A stretch of 64,000 nucleotides of DNA from Marsupella aquatica (taxonomy: Eukaryota > Plantae > Marchantiophyta), in the NCBI GenBank assembly GCA_973895155.1, contig OZ316898.1, positions 8,853,079-8,917,078 on the forward strand, written 5' to 3'. Position numbers and translations under genes: made by a program. Every line of letters starts with the position of its first letter. Positions within the stretch are counted from its first letter, which is position 1. Under the pieces are notes generated by a model that did no database searches, was not told where the DNA came from, and saw only the letters and a program-made list of their open reading frames with translations. Below are positions 12,663 through 26,535 of the stretch, piece by piece.

Positions 12663-14853
12663 GGCTTAAATTCATAGCAGTTATGTGCAAGAAGAGGTGT
12701 GGGGTGGAGCAACAAGGTTTTGTTCTACCAGACTCCAGAGAGGCAGAAAGAGCGCGAGTTCATTTAAGGAACTGGATAGTCGATTTCAAATGAGACTGCC
12801 TGCAGGCTAAACATCGAATCCTAGCTCGACTTCCCTGTAATAGTTAACACACGAGTTGTATCCAGTGAGTGCAAGCAACAGCGGCGATGGAAAATAGAAT
12901 GCGGGTATGTGGACTGATGTAAAGAGAAATGGTTGCCTGATAACAGCTCGGCCAAAGGTCTTAACTTCTTTGTTGCAACAAACATTCTTGGGCTGGATTG
13001 CGGAGGGCTCTCATGTGTACGAACTTGGTCCTTTGTTGCCAATAGAGCAGAGCACGCCTTGAGTTGACGACCGTTAGCGGGACGAATGTGGAAGCAACAA
13101 GCTCTGTACGAGGGTTGCAACTACCAAAGAGCAAATCATATTGTGAGCACCTCTGTCAGTCTCTGCAGTTCTGGCGGGAGGTGTCTAAATTGTATTCATC
13201 ACATCTGGAGTGATATATCTGCCTTGACCTCTTGCTTTTTGTCCTCTCTCATCAAAGGGACGCACCTTTGGGGCCCTAATGGAAAACACATTCACTCACA
13301 TCCTCAGCACGACTTCTATTGACATCCTGTGTACAGATCCTAAATTATCCAATTTCTGCCTCAATCCTACGCATCGACATATTCTGTGTACTGCCAGTGT
13401 CAAGTAGTTCTAGAATGTATCTTTTACTCCAGGATTTGTTAAGTTGTAGGATATATTTTCTGACCTCCCAGCGGGAAGCCTGTGGGCTCGTTTAACAAGC
13501 ATTGGGGTCTCCGTTTTTCATTTTAGTTTGATGAGGTCAGTGCAGTGAATTGAGGCATGAACCCATCAGACCAAAGATGTAGGTTGTAGGTTGGAATTCT
13601 GGTAAATAGGAGAGTATAATGATGAAGAAGTAGGTTTAGATGTAGAGAGTTCTATTAACAAAAACAGTCTTTCAGCCTACGAGTACATGGCAAAGATACG
13701 TTTATTTGATAGGCTCAAGGGTTATTGCCGGCAAGTGTAACTGAGGAACAATCAGTAGAGGCTCCAAATAGAATTGGGACCTATGGCCATGAGGTTTACA
13801 AAGAAACTTCACTCATGAGGTCTGCTCGAAATCTTGCGACTCCACTGACGGGTGGGGAATGCTAGAGCTGCAGTCTGAAGCGATAGTCTGATATCATCTA
13901 AGACAATTTATCTGTCGAGTAATTCAGCCCAGCCGGAAATGTGGATCTCGCACAAATAAGGGCTGTTCCTTGACCGACTCGATTCTTTTCACGCGATGTA
14001 AACTCTTTATGTCCAGTATTGAGTAAATTTAATCTTAAACGTGGCCCTTCCGGTCTTATCGCATTTCTCCTTCCTGCTCTAACTTCTTCTGTATTATCTA
14101 CTTTCCGGAATGACTGGATCTCACAAACATTATACCTGCTGACATAAATAGTTGTGCAATTCACATGCATGTGCAGACCGTCACCAGACAGCCCCAATGG
14201 GTAAATTGACACTTTGCGTTGCTACACAGTTTGTACATCGCAGATCTCTTAGTTCTGCAATGAGTGAAAAGGTTGTCGGTGATGACATTTACCAAATACA
14301 ACTCCATGGAAAATATGAGGATGAGCAGGCAAGAAATGTGGAAATGAATATTTGATGATGTCTCCCATGGGGAGCCATGGAGATATCTCTCACTCTCTGC
14401 CAAGCGCGGAAGGATTTGTGGGAATGACGGATCAAATGCAACTTTTTGAAAATATGAGTTCAAGAATGCGAGACCTCTCTGGTAATCCATATTTGATGAT
14501 GTGTTACTATCGTGTCATGTTGAGATTCATATTGGCGATAGTTCCTCTATATGCATTGCTCTGAGCAGATATTGAAGCGGCTATGTGCCGTGCACTGGCT
14601 GGTCCTATCACTGGATGAAAGCCGTTCTTTGCTCTTCCTTGAAGCTTCATTGTTACTCTTAGAACTCTCTGGTGTGACAGGTCTTGGGGTTTGAATGAAG
14701 CTCTCTCCTGCCTAATAGCGACTGTCTGAGGGAAGTCTTGCTCCAAAGAACTGTCCTGCTGGCCAACAATTTGAGAACGGAGACCGGGTATGGTGAATAT
14801 TGGCCCACAAGGACCTTCAGTACCATGTTGAGGACGTCACTAGTGCACCCGCT

Positions 14854-15093
14854 GTTTACCAATTTCTGTTGCATCTATAAGAAGCAGTGGTGGTTTGTGT
14901 GCTGTGGTGATGAGATTGATAATGAGACTGTCATCTTAATGTGTTCTTCATATCTTGCAAAGTTGACACATACGTTTACCAAATTCTGTTGCATTTATAG
15001 TAAAGCAGTGGTGGTTTGTTTCGCTGTGGTGATGAGAGTGGTAATGAGATTGTCACCTTAATGTGTTCTTCATATATTGCAAAGTTGACACAT
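14854..15093. repeat. Tandem duplication, 2 x 120 bp
   Basis: gtttaccaa...aagttgacaca starts at 14854 and again at 14974. Confidence 0.9.
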
Positions 15094-15568
15094 TTCGTGG
15101 TAAAACAAATCGCCAAAAACCACTCGCTTGGCGATTTGTTTTGAAGTAGAGGCTGTTTTCCCACGTATCATCCTGAGGTAATCTTGTGATGATTTCGATT
15201 CCATCATGAGGGCCAAGAGCGCATCTTCTGGAATTTACATTGAAAAAGCACAACTTAGAAGTGTGTTGGTTCCTGCTTTCAGGCTCATGATGTGCTTTAT
15301 ACCGTATAATCAAAAGCTAGGGAAGAGGACGGTTTTATTATGTGCAGATGTATTCTATCAACTCGAAAGACTATGCCCCCCTGGTAGTGAGTGAAGCAGG
15401 AAACATCTCCAAAAGTTGAGGAGTGCACTGGTGCCTTTCACACTAAGTTTCGTCTCGTTTCTCAAGAGAATCTGCATGACTAATATCTCAAGTGATGACA
15501 GATTGAGTGTAAGACTAAGTCTTCATATGGAATCATCTTATCATCGATGAGACTGCTATGTTATTAAG

Positions 15569-15727
15569 CTAGATGCTGACTAGAGACTGAAGGATTTCAT
15601 CTGTGTGTGCAATTGTGATAACACATGTAGCATTAATAGGCTGCATTCTAGATACTGACTAGATCTTGGGTAATTTCATCTGTGGGTGCAACTGTGATGA
15701 CACATGTTCCATTAATAGGCTGCTTCT
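15569..15727. repeat. Tandem duplication, 2 x about 79 bp
   Basis: ctagat(g/a)ctgactaga...atttcatctgtg...cattaataggctgc occurs twice. Confidence 0.8.
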
Positions 15728-18258
15728 ATTGGTAATGATCAATATTCGAGTGGATGAATTTGCCTGGCTGGACATTTGATTTTTTAATTATATTAATTTG
15801 GGAAAGGCACGCACGACATTTATCTTTAAAATTTATTTTCAATTGCGAAAGGCACGCAGCAGAAAATAAAATAAAATTTTAATCAGTCGACCAAAATTAG
15901 TTTCTAACAGGTTGATATAACATTCACTATCAACAGGCGTTGTCAGGTTTGAAATATTTGGAGGAGAAATTCAATGAAGAGCCCTGCCCCCAACATTTAT
16001 TCTTCCCTCAAAGAGCACACCATGACACTCGCAAAGATTGCAAAAGGTCAGGTACAACCAGGGACAACTTGGTATATGCAAATGGCTGGCTGGAATTTGG
16101 GAGTCTTATTTTCCTATTATGGTGGTAGCTTTGCTACTGTGGCCTTGACAAAGGTTTTCCCTGACCAATTTGAATTTGAGGATGACCTTGTATGATTGAT
16201 AGCCTGACTATCATAGAAAGTAGGTTAAGCTCCATGATAGTGACTATGATTTCATTGGGAATTTCCCACCTTAATCTTGAAGGGTAATAAAATGTGTTAG
16301 AGAAAGGGTTTGTCAACTCTATTTAGATTGAAGTGTTTATGAGGTTGAATCAATGTTCTTGTATTGTGGTGCCTGTTTTCACAGAATATATCTCACTTGC
16401 TAGTTTTGAGTAATTCTTGTACTAGCTAAAGATCTATTGGTAAACTAATGACTTTTGTAAGAGTTGGTGCTTGTTGAATTGTTCGAAACCTTTGAAAAAC
16501 CTTTTACATATATTTGGTATCACAAAAGTTCTAAGTGCAATCTTTCCTTCCATACTGTGTTCTTCGGTTGGTGCCACTTTTTGTCATCCATTGGTCATGC
16601 ATTGGTAAGCAAGTTTGCAAACAGGTTCGTTTTAGAATGTTTTTTGCCAGTTGCCCCAAAACAGTCAAAACCTTTGTGGATAGGTAGATTGTCACAACAG
16701 CCTTTCTGACAAACTTTCGTAACTTTGGTAGCTCCTTATAAGATGAAACATTGAGCTGGTTTTTTCTATAGTCAGATTGTTTGGATCTGTTTCAACTCCT
16801 TGACACTTGCCTTCTGATTTATTTCGATCTGATCCTCATTGATTTATTTGGAGTCATTCTCCAGCTGTGAAGGTTACTACAACATGGGCTGGAATAGAGT
16901 GGGGCAGTTTTATAGAAGGTGTGTGTTCAAAATTTTGGAGATAGAGTATGCTTCCATCACAACCCTCTTTCTAGATCTTGTGACTCTTGGACAGGTCTGG
17001 CCCTCGTAGACATAGTCTTAGATGACTTCTGTGGACAACCCAATTCAAAAGAAAATGAGGGTGCATGAAAACAAATGACCCATCATTTTCAGTGCAAGAA
17101 CAATTACTGTTTTTGTAGAGTGTGAGCCCAAGATTCAACTTGCCAAGACAACGAGGGAAAAGGGAGGCGAGATAAGGAGGGTCAATTAAACTAAGACAGC
17201 CATCATTTCTGTACTCTGGAATTGTACATCCGTATTGAAGTATTACTGAAACACTGTACGTTATGATGATGGGTTCCAGGTATGGGATCCAGTTCAAGCT
17301 GGTCTATGATTTACCTGCTTCCCAGGACAACTTGGACAGCCGTTACCTTTGCATAAAGTGATGGATTGAAAAAATAAGAAAACTAATGAACAGGAATTTG
17401 ATGGAGAAATGGTTGAGAGGAGACAAGAGGACGAGAGATTTCTGGGACTTATCACTAGAAAGGACAGCTGATGCTGAGAAGATTTTTGAATAAAGCTTTC
17501 AAAATTTCCAAATTATATTGAATGAATTGAGATGATTACCAGATATACAAAATGAAAACAAGGTTTGGGTGAAGCTGAAAAGGAATATGTGGAAAAACCA
17601 TCTTTAACTGGCACAAATGGAATAGCAAGCGGGGCAACCCTAAAATGGAAACTTGGAGGCTTGATTATTTTGTGCACCGTTGCCAGTTGCTAGTAAATGT
17701 GCTTGGAGTATTCCTAAGATAAATGAATCTGACTTAAATCATGGAGGCACTTGGGACTATATTGGGGTACAATGAAGCCTCCTAAATTTCCATTTATCCT
17801 CAAGTGCAAAGGGATGCTCCCATTGATCCCAATGTGTAAACCATCTAAGACACCTAGCAACTTTTGGGACCCAAACATGTCTTCATTTAACTATTTGAGC
17901 TCAAATGAAAGTTCACAAATGGTCCATCCTGGACGTTGTGGCCTATCCAAGTTATTTGTCAAATATTGTGATCCATCCAGATTCAATTCCTCATCATTAT
18001 AGAAAATGGGGGACTCTTGGGATACTAAATGAAAAACAACATCATTCTGTACTCAGTTTACGGTACAAAGTTATTGGCCTCCAAAAGAGGCATCATTGCC
18101 TGTGGGCCATGACAAAGTCTAGTGGAGTCCCAAGGGGTAGATACTACAATAGAGGTCTTTGCAGTTCAATTAGTACGTCATACTCGCGTGCATTAGATTT
18201 GTCATTGCATCATCCAACACTGTGGGATGTTCCGCTAGATTGGTCATTACATAATTAA

Positions 18259-18845
18259 GATCAACCAGTCACTCGTATTTGTTTTTTTGTTGACAATCTT
18301 GTGACATGGCTGATTTATGCTTCATCATTGGTTTGTGTTTTTGGGTAACAAGGTGCAAATACAGACAAAATATTAGACTCACCTTCTGTCGTTGGACTCT
18401 TCCCGAGAGCAAGTTGCATAAATTGTCAAATTTCACGTCACCTAAAAATCTTTGCAATTTTGGGTGAAAATTAGCCAAACTTTTCTCACTTAGAGTTCTA
18501 TTATCCAGTTTTCCACCTAGCCACAAACCCCATTAGCCCATCTAGAGTACCACTATATCTGATGTTTATCCTTAAATCTAGGGAGATCTAAGTGTCAAAT
18601 ATTATTAGAGGAAAATTAGATAAGCAATATTTTCTGCATTTTCTTCTTGACACCATGGGTATTAGCTACCACAGGGTAAAGGGAAAACACGTAAAATTTT
18701 ACCTTGATCAACCACACTAATGGTTTTTTGTTTACAATCTTGTGACATAGCTGACCGATGCATCGTCATTGGTTTGTATTTTTGGGCAACAAGTGTGTTA
18801 GTACAGACAAACTCACCTCATTGTAGTTGGACTCTTCCGCAGAGC
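18259..18845. repeat. Diverged direct repeat pair (18259-18410 and 18706-18845)
   Basis: Both copies share gatcaacca...acaatcttgtgacat...cattggtttgt...tacagacaaa...gttggactcttcc. Confidence 0.75.
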
Positions 18846-19029
18846 CTGGACCACTGTGAGTTCACCTCGTACCTCATCATCTTCCTGGCTTAGCTTAGAG
18901 ATATATATCAGACTGGTTAGAGATTGGCATGGATGGGAAAGTGAAATTCCACTCCTGGGAAGTAGGCCCCAACGGTTGTCCACCTTACAACATTGAGAAC
19001 AATCATCTAATGCACGTAATAGTTTGTCT

Positions 19030-19670
19030 GATAGCTTACTTTAGTATTGTTTTTTTTGTGTCCTGCATATGATTTTCCTGTCTTTTTGTGTGTCTTGACT
19101 AAATGGTTTTCAGTACTGTAGGAATCCTTCTCTAAGTGCATGCCTTTGGGGATCCCAGGATTCTTGCACGTATAGGGTACTTGCATGTCTCGAGAGGTGG
19201 AATTTTAAGGCTAGTTGCAGTTATGTCAGTTTGGGTTAAGGCCGGTGGAATTTTAATGTTAGTTGCAGTTATGTTACTTTGGGTTAAGGCCGGGTGAAAA
19301 CGGTGCCCCACCATTGTTTAAATTTAAGTAATGATTTCTGCGAAGTACCCCAGCTGTTGTCCTCCTCAGGACCCACCATGCAACGTTGGAGCAACCATCT
19401 ACATATTACTTTGTCTGTTCGATTACGTTGGTAATGATTTTCTTTGTCTTGCTTATGATTTCCTGTTTTTTCTTATGTCTTGATCAAATAGTTCTCCAAC
19501 CCTCAACGAATCCCTGTCTAAGTGCAAAGCAGTAGGGGATCCCATGATCCTTGCCTCTAGGGTACTTGCGGACCTCGAGCAGTGCAATTTTCAGGTTAAT
19601 TGCAGTTATGTTAGTTTCTGCCAAAGGTCAGGTCAAAATGTTGTCCTCATCTGTTGTCATCTTTGTTTTT
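19030..19670. repeat. Diverged direct repeats (about 19030-19325 and about 19410-19670) with an internal 2 x 48 bp tandem at about 19196-19292
   Basis: Both copies share tgattttcctg...tctaagtgca...ggggatccca...tagggtacttgc...ttgcagttatgt. Confidence 0.65.
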
Positions 19671-21502
19671 AATTTAGCGGCTAAATCTAGGGTTATGCAT
19701 CCACATAGTCTCCCAATTTTGTCAGCACATGGATTTCAAAAGGTCAACTGCTGTTATTAATATATGCGAGAATTAGTAACAATTGTAATTACTAATAATT
19801 CCAAGGCGCCAAGCTTTCTTGCAGTATTAGTGCAAGGATACTCTTTCTGTCCTTTGTATTAGGGGGGTCAAGAGAGGGAGAGAGAGGAGGGAAAGAGTCA
19901 ACCAACCGTGTTGTGTGCTCTATAGCTCATTCTATTTTTATCCTTTCTTCTGGCTCATTGCTCATTATTGACAAGGTAAAGTTTGGAGAAGATGGAGGCA
20001 ATAACTCTTTTAGTAAACTGGTCATGTAGCCCGAAAACAATTTAATGATAACTTGTCGAAACAACAGTTTGACTCGAGATTAGTAGATTTGGCTCCAACC
20101 AAAAATAAAAGGTGTATGTTAGAGGTTTAGTGGACACCAATAATCATAATTACTGATCTAAGCTATCCGAGAGAATCTAAGTTGTACAAGGTGCACTTGA
20201 CATACGTTGCACTTCCTGGTTTTACTGGAAGGCGTTGCTGGAATTTTTAAACTACCCTCCAGGATCTGGTTCTTAGTAATATGCATGTGTTTCCTCCCAA
20301 ATCTTATTATAAAAGCCCGAATGAAGTCTACTCTTAAGGGCCTAGGGTCTAGAGTGAAGCCTCTAGACCATAACCCCAGTACAGACAAAAATGATCATGA
20401 ATCTCAATTAAAAAACACTTAAAATGAGAATTAACTAAATAGCATAGAAATATTATTGTGCAAGATTTTTTTTCTTCATATCTATTTAAGTTCAAGGAAC
20501 GGGTAATCGGGCTAGTGTCAAGTAAGTGAGAGCAACATAGTGATCAAGACGCAATAGACTATTACTTCTTCTTTTAGGAGGAAAGGGGGGAGATGGAACT
20601 ACAATTTTACTAGAAATATGATCGTAGACGCCAACAACACATGTAGAGTCATGTAAAGCTTGCGATGCAGCAAGCCGAAGAGAGAGAGAGGAGTGCATGG
20701 CAATTTTTGTGTTTCAACTATTGAGTAAATCTAAATGAACATTCGTGGTACCGAGTCAGGGTAGTTGCGAGTCATCCAGCCATATTCCTAATATACAACT
20801 GAAGAAAATATGGGGAGGCACAGTAGAATCTACAAAGGACACACCTTCTCGTGACCAAGAGCTCTTATTTTAAGAAGCTTTATAAGCTGTACAGTTTGAA
20901 GCTAAAAATGGGGTTTTGTAGAGCAATACACTACAATTTGAATTTGTAAGAAACTTGTCCTAATATGCAACAGTACATTTTCTCCTCTTCATACACGGCA
21001 CCCTTTCCACCTCTCGAAAGGCGTGTTACTCTTCAGCTGGACCACCACACCCCACACATGTGACCATAGTGGATTTAATCTGGAGAATTGCTTGTACCAG
21101 CTGAGTAAAGTAGGCATGCTTTGATCTGCCATGCCTGGCCCCCTAGTCCCTAGAGTACTCCTTTGCAGGTTGCCAATTCCCTTATACCCTGAACCGAAAT
21201 GGACCAATGGTTGCATTCATTAGATCGCCTCAAGAGGTGGTCTAAGTTTTGATAATAAAGCATGGCCGCATCAGCAAGAAGAAGAGACCTACAAGGGCCC
21301 ACTATCATGTGATTAGGATTGGTAATGATTTTGCCAGATTGTGCCCCAAGTCATGTAGAGTGAAGTCTAGTCTGTTTTGACTTCTGAATGGGTAAGATTG
21401 CATCTCAGACATAGGACTTGCATCAGTGTTCGGGCCCCCCTATAGGTTGGTCCATTGTTTCATTCAAGATCTTGCATTTGTTTTCTTTAGAATTGACACA
21501 TC

Positions 21503-22323
21503 TGTTAAGCATAGACGACATTCGCAACAGCAAGCCCATGAACCATCCAACGCACAATAGTCAACGCAGAGAGATACGTGGTTCACCTCCACATGAGGCT
21601 ACGTCCACGGGAACACACAAGAGCTTTACTGCACTCTAGGCCGACCGGCCATACCAAGCATCCACAGCACAAGCTCTCCCTATCTCTCAACTAGCTCCGT
21701 AACAATGAGCCTAAGTTCCACCAGGGTCTGGCATCAGCCCTGGCTATATGCACAACAACACAACCGCTAACCTTAGCTAGGTCCTAACCTGAGTTAGCCT
21801 AACTGTGGTTAGCACAAGAGTCACAAGACTAGAGCAATATCTAACAAACTCCCCCTTGACTCTTGTCTTGGGGACTGGACTAAATGCTACCATATGGAAT
21901 CCTCAACGGGAAATTCTAGACAATCACCAAACCAGGTCTCCCCCTAAAAACCACAAGGGTTAACTAAGGGTTAACTAGAACTCTTGTGCTAACCACAGTT
22001 AGGCTAACTCGGGTTAGGACCTAGCTAAGGTTAGCGGTTGTGTTGTTGTGCATATAGCCAGGGCTGATGCCAGACCCTGGTGGAACTTAGGCTCATTGTT
22101 ACGGAGCTAGTTGAGAGATAGGGAGAGCTTGTGCTGTGGATGCTTGGTATGGCCGGTCGGCCTAGAGTGCAGTAAAGCTCTTGTGTGTTCCCGTGGACGT
22201 AGCCTCATGTGGAGGTGAACCACGTATCTCTCTGTGTTGACTATTGTGCGTTGGATGGTTCATGGGCTTGCCGTTGCGAATGTCGTCTATGCTTAACAAG
22301 TGGTATCAGAGCAATATCTAACA
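21503..22323 (-). mobile_element. Non-autonomous Copia/TRIM-like LTR element with an internally inverted 5' LTR and PBS (fold-back); 5-bp TSD ACATC
   Basis: TG...CA ends are flanked by ACATC at 21498-21502 and 22324-22328. An intact 344-bp LTR at 21503-21846 (minus) is preceded by the PPT gtcaagggggagtt. An inverted LTR copy at 21980-22298 is followed by the tRNA-iMet PBS TGGTATCAGAGC (22301-22312) and the first bases of the LTR in minus orientation. Confidence 0.9.
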
Positions 22324-22797
22324 ACATCTTGGCTCAGGCATTTTAGCTTCAGGCATTTCAACTTCAGCATATGCAATTAACCACTCCTTTGCAATTGGTG
22401 AACAGTAACTCGTTGCACCCCCAGATTTGTGTCCCACTAAGATTCTGGTGGATATAGTGCAAAATTCCCTCTTTGTACCCAGATTGGTGTTAACCCCGCT
22501 AAGATTCTGGTGAATATAGTGCAGAATTCACTCTTTGTCCTTTGTACTGGTTGCCAGCATAATTTTCTGGTAAGATTTTGCCAAAAATTAGCAAAGAAAA
22601 GGTTGGTGAGGTCTGACCCTCATCTTTAGGTAAACAGTAAGTCAGTATTCCTTGTGAATCTTCATTTTAGTATTCATTGAAAATTATGGCCCATATTAAG
22701 TCTGGCCAGCCTGGCCCACACATGCAGGTGGTGAGCACCTGGCTTGGCTGGTTTTTGTTTCGCGCCCCCCCCCCCCCCCGCGCGTGGAAAAGAAATA

Positions 22798-23214
22798 CAC
22801 TGCTCACCTTAATTAGTGTTATGCAAGAATTAGCATCAGTAATACTAGTTTTAATAAAAATGATTTTGAGTCCAAGTTTTTTGTTGGTTATTCTGAACAA
22901 TTTTCTTCCACTTTTGTTTATATTGCTAGTAAATATTGGATTATCTCGAGTCCAAAGTAACACTAATTGTTGTAGATTTTTCAGAAGAGTGTTTTCTCTC
23001 TATTTTTTCAGTCTTGAGACTATAGTAGCACTAATTCATGTGCATGGAAATAATGTTAGCACAAAATTAGTGTGACTAACACTAATTTGCAAGTAGACCC
23101 CAAGAATAGGGGCTCAAATTAGTGTTAGTCACACTAATTATGGTGCACATGCAAGTAGACCCCAAGAATAGGGGCTCAAATTAGTGTTAGTCACACTAAT
23201 TATGGTGCACAGTG
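22798..23214. mobile_element. MITE family A, copy 1 (CACTG...CAGTG ends, TA flanks; Tc1/mariner-like)
   Basis: TA|cactgctcaccttaattagtg...cactaattatggtgcacagtg|TA with many aattagtg/cactaatt subterminal motifs and a 62-bp tandem duplication (23088-23211). It is homologous along its length to 52439-52823. Confidence 0.85.
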
Positions 23215-26200
23215 TAAGTTATCCTACCACTTTACATTCATAATTTAGGAAACTTCATGAGGATGAATATATCAAAGTTATATATGAATGAGGATTAACA
23301 TAGGTGATTAATATTTCATCACCTGATTGGTTTAGGGCTACAGTAGTTAATTTTTGAATTTGATAAGGGTATCGCAAAAAGCCCAAATGGTTGCACGTGA
23401 TGGGGGCCACCAATGGTGAGACCCCCAGGCTATTGGGCATCATTACTAATGAACATTGTTGACCCATATATGAAGGAACCTTAGGACAAGCACAAGGGCC
23501 GGATTAGAAGGGCATGGAGGTGTTTTTGGGGTGTGTTCTACCCTTTATGGGTCTTTGGTCTATGGGCTCCTGTCTCCAGGTTTGGAGACTTTGGGCTTTG
23601 GTAGGATAATACATATTCTGTCCACCTGTATCTGGTACCTGGTGAGCCTGGTGGACCCACCTGGACAATAAGATATAAAGAACTGTGGTCATTGGTGTAA
23701 TGGTGTCTGAGAAGAGACATTCTCCAGGATAGCCCCACCTTGATCGAACTCAAGTAAAAGTGAACCACAGAATAAATTAAGGCTTTAAAACAATTAAACC
23801 AGGGTGACAAATCTGACCTGGTGCAAAGGAGAAGATGCTAAAAAGCTTTCTTAGCTAATTTTCCTAGATTAATCTCTGATCATTAGATTTCTCTCGATGC
23901 AAGCATAACTATCAGTTCTTGGGCTTGTCCCCGTTTCCTTGAAGAAAGAAAAAGAAAAAAAAACTATCAGATTGTGGCCAATGGGGTTGGTGGGTAGATG
24001 GGAAACTGGGTAATCAAAGACAAAGTTTTTTGCCCAAAGTGGTGAAGATATATAACATGGTGCCAAAGGGCAAAAAGTGCCCAACGGGGAGACATGAGCC
24101 CACAGGCAAAGCAGCCCAATGAAGGGGGAAAGGAGGGGAAAGGTCCCCAAGAATACCAGAGAAGACATTTCAGTCAGGTAGGCAGGTTTTTGGCTTTAAA
24201 CAATGCTGGCGATCTACCTTGAAACTTGGTCATCCCAGCCCACAATCAACTTGAGTAGGTGTCTGTATTTGAGCTTGAGTAAGGTCAGACCCACATAGAT
24301 CTCATCCCTGGTAGGACAGTCAGAGTCTGGCCCACCTGAGTTACAGCCGGGAATTACAGTTTGATTTATGTAGACAACTTAGATATAGAGTGAATCTCAC
24401 TTTTAGACAAGCCTGTAAAACAGTATGGAATAATCTAAGTCCAATTGCACGTTTCTAGATATCTCGTGTGAGCGTAAAACTCTTGTCCAGGTTCAGAGTT
24501 TAGATTGATATGTGTTCTTTATTGTGTTCAGTTGCATCTAGTGTATTCTTGTTTGATCTGATTTAATTTAAATTTTGATGATTTGTTTTGAACAATCTTT
24601 AAAATTACGTTGGTGATTTGGATGAGCTACAGTTAGTATTTGATGATTTTGGTAGGAAGTGTGATCACAATTGTCATAAATACTTTTTATTTATTTGCAT
24701 TCGGGATTTTACAGAGTCAGTTACCGGAGCAGCTATGAGGCCAATCTACTGTAGCCAAAAAATATTCTATCTTATCAAAGGGATAGGTACTACTATTTTG
24801 CACAGCAGTTAAACTAAAACCCACTCCACCATAAGGTCCTTTCCAATAGAAAATGGTCAGATGTTACCCTATTAGGTTGATGAAAGGCCACTCCATGTGA
24901 AAAGCATCTTGGAACAAATAAAAGAAACAATTCTTGGATTTGACTTTTTGATCACTTAGCTGTAAACTTCTTCCCAAAGTAGCGCTCCCAATAGTGTTCA
25001 ATACTTATCTCAAACTTCCAAAATTCACATTCATTAGACCTATCTGTAAACTCATAAATTAGTATGTTCTGGTGCTTGTTTTAACAAAACGTTTTACATC
25101 CATTTGGTTGCCAAAACAAGTTTCCATGTAAATCTTTCATTTCGTGCTGCTTTTGTCATGTTGTACCACTATTGGTAGAGAAAAAGTCACCAATCATACG
25201 GATAAGTTCCATTGTTAGCCAAAGATGCACGAAAGAGGTACCAAGTGAAGCCAAGAGTGAAGCACAAGTATTCTGATAAGTTAATTATTGTGAGTTATGG
25301 GTATAGACAGAATTCTTAAAATGGATCTTTTTCTTCTTAACATACATCATGGCCACAAGGAAGCTTCATAGGCTCGGCATAAAAACAGAAATACAAACTG
25401 TCACTTAGTTGACATCGAGAATAGTTCTGGTCAGATGTTACAACCAAAATCTGTTTACCATATTGCACAAGGATTCAAACGACCTAAAGAACATGTACTG
25501 CAACACGCACTTATTGACCTTGTGGTGATAACATCCTTAATCAGTTTTCCATATCTGAATGCACATCATCAATTCCAGACCAGTTCAATTTGGTGATTAT
25601 CTTGGAGAGGAAGTTATAGCTCATAGGAACCATCCAAAGGCATGGATGATGGGCAGTCAATCAATCAAAAAAGTCGTGTGGGAGTGGAGGATATCATGTG
25701 ACATCACAATATCAACTGGCTAGTCTTTTCATATGCAACAAGTATTTTACTGTATAGGTGCTGTATCATGGGCAAATGAATTTAACAACTTTCAGAAGAC
25801 TCAGGGAAACTGAACAAGGATAAATGATTGGCCTTTGATATTTCCTTTTGGGTGCTTGGCCATTTTTGCAAGGTGAAGCAAATAATTGGAGCTGCAAATA
25901 ATTGGAGCTGAGTACCGATGCCATAAAAAACAACGTCCACTATTCCATACCTTAGTCAGAAAAAGAAGAGCACCATGAATCTCTGCAGATTGCGGGGCTC
26001 AGTTCTTTTTCAAATCGGGTCGGAACCGAACGAAAGTTGGCTTGTTAGAAAGCTTACAAAGTCCTCTTTCCAACGAGCTATGCTGTGTCTTCTACTATTG
26101 AATACTCACTGAGAAATATTACTCGAAAACGAGCAACGGGAGACTCGACGGGAGCGAGCGAGGACTCACGGTCTGTACCCGAGACAAAGTGACCACGGGC

Positions 26201-26423
26201 AGTCCATCCCAGTCTGTCCTTTCGAAGTCTGACTCTTTGGGGACCGCCAAAGACCATACGAGGCGCATTCCTGTGCTGGACTGCGTGCGTGGTCCAAAAC
26301 CATACCTACCAACAAACCCAACCAACGTAACGAAAAGCCAAAGTGAACCGGACTGGTTGGCCCCTCGGCGCTCCACCATGCCGGCGGGTCACATGCGACA
26401 CGACTCCACCTGCGCTGAGTGAG

Positions 26424-26535
26424 AATCTCGATCGTTGGATGAAGCATCGATCGATCCCAGGGGGAAGGCGTAATCCCGAGCTGAAATCTCGATCGTTGGA
26501 TGACTCATCGGTCGATCCTAGCGGGAAGGCGTATC
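26424..26535. repeat. Tandem duplication, 2 x about 61 bp
   Basis: aatctcgatcgttggatga...catcg.tcgatcc..g.gggaaggcgta occurs twice. Confidence 0.8.

Noticed and set aside
16130-17400. Endogenous pararetrovirus or Gypsy remnant
   Set aside because: The decayed frames look protein-like, but no diagnostic zinc-knuckle, protease or RT motif could be read.
21503-22298. DNA transposon with long TIRs (Mutator/foldback)
   Set aside because: The arms are LTR sequence with an adjacent PBS and PPT, TG...CA ends and a 5-bp TSD.
22677-23075. 132-aa hydrophobic ORF
   Set aside because: It runs through the AT-rich MITE and the poly-C tract, and no family motif is present.
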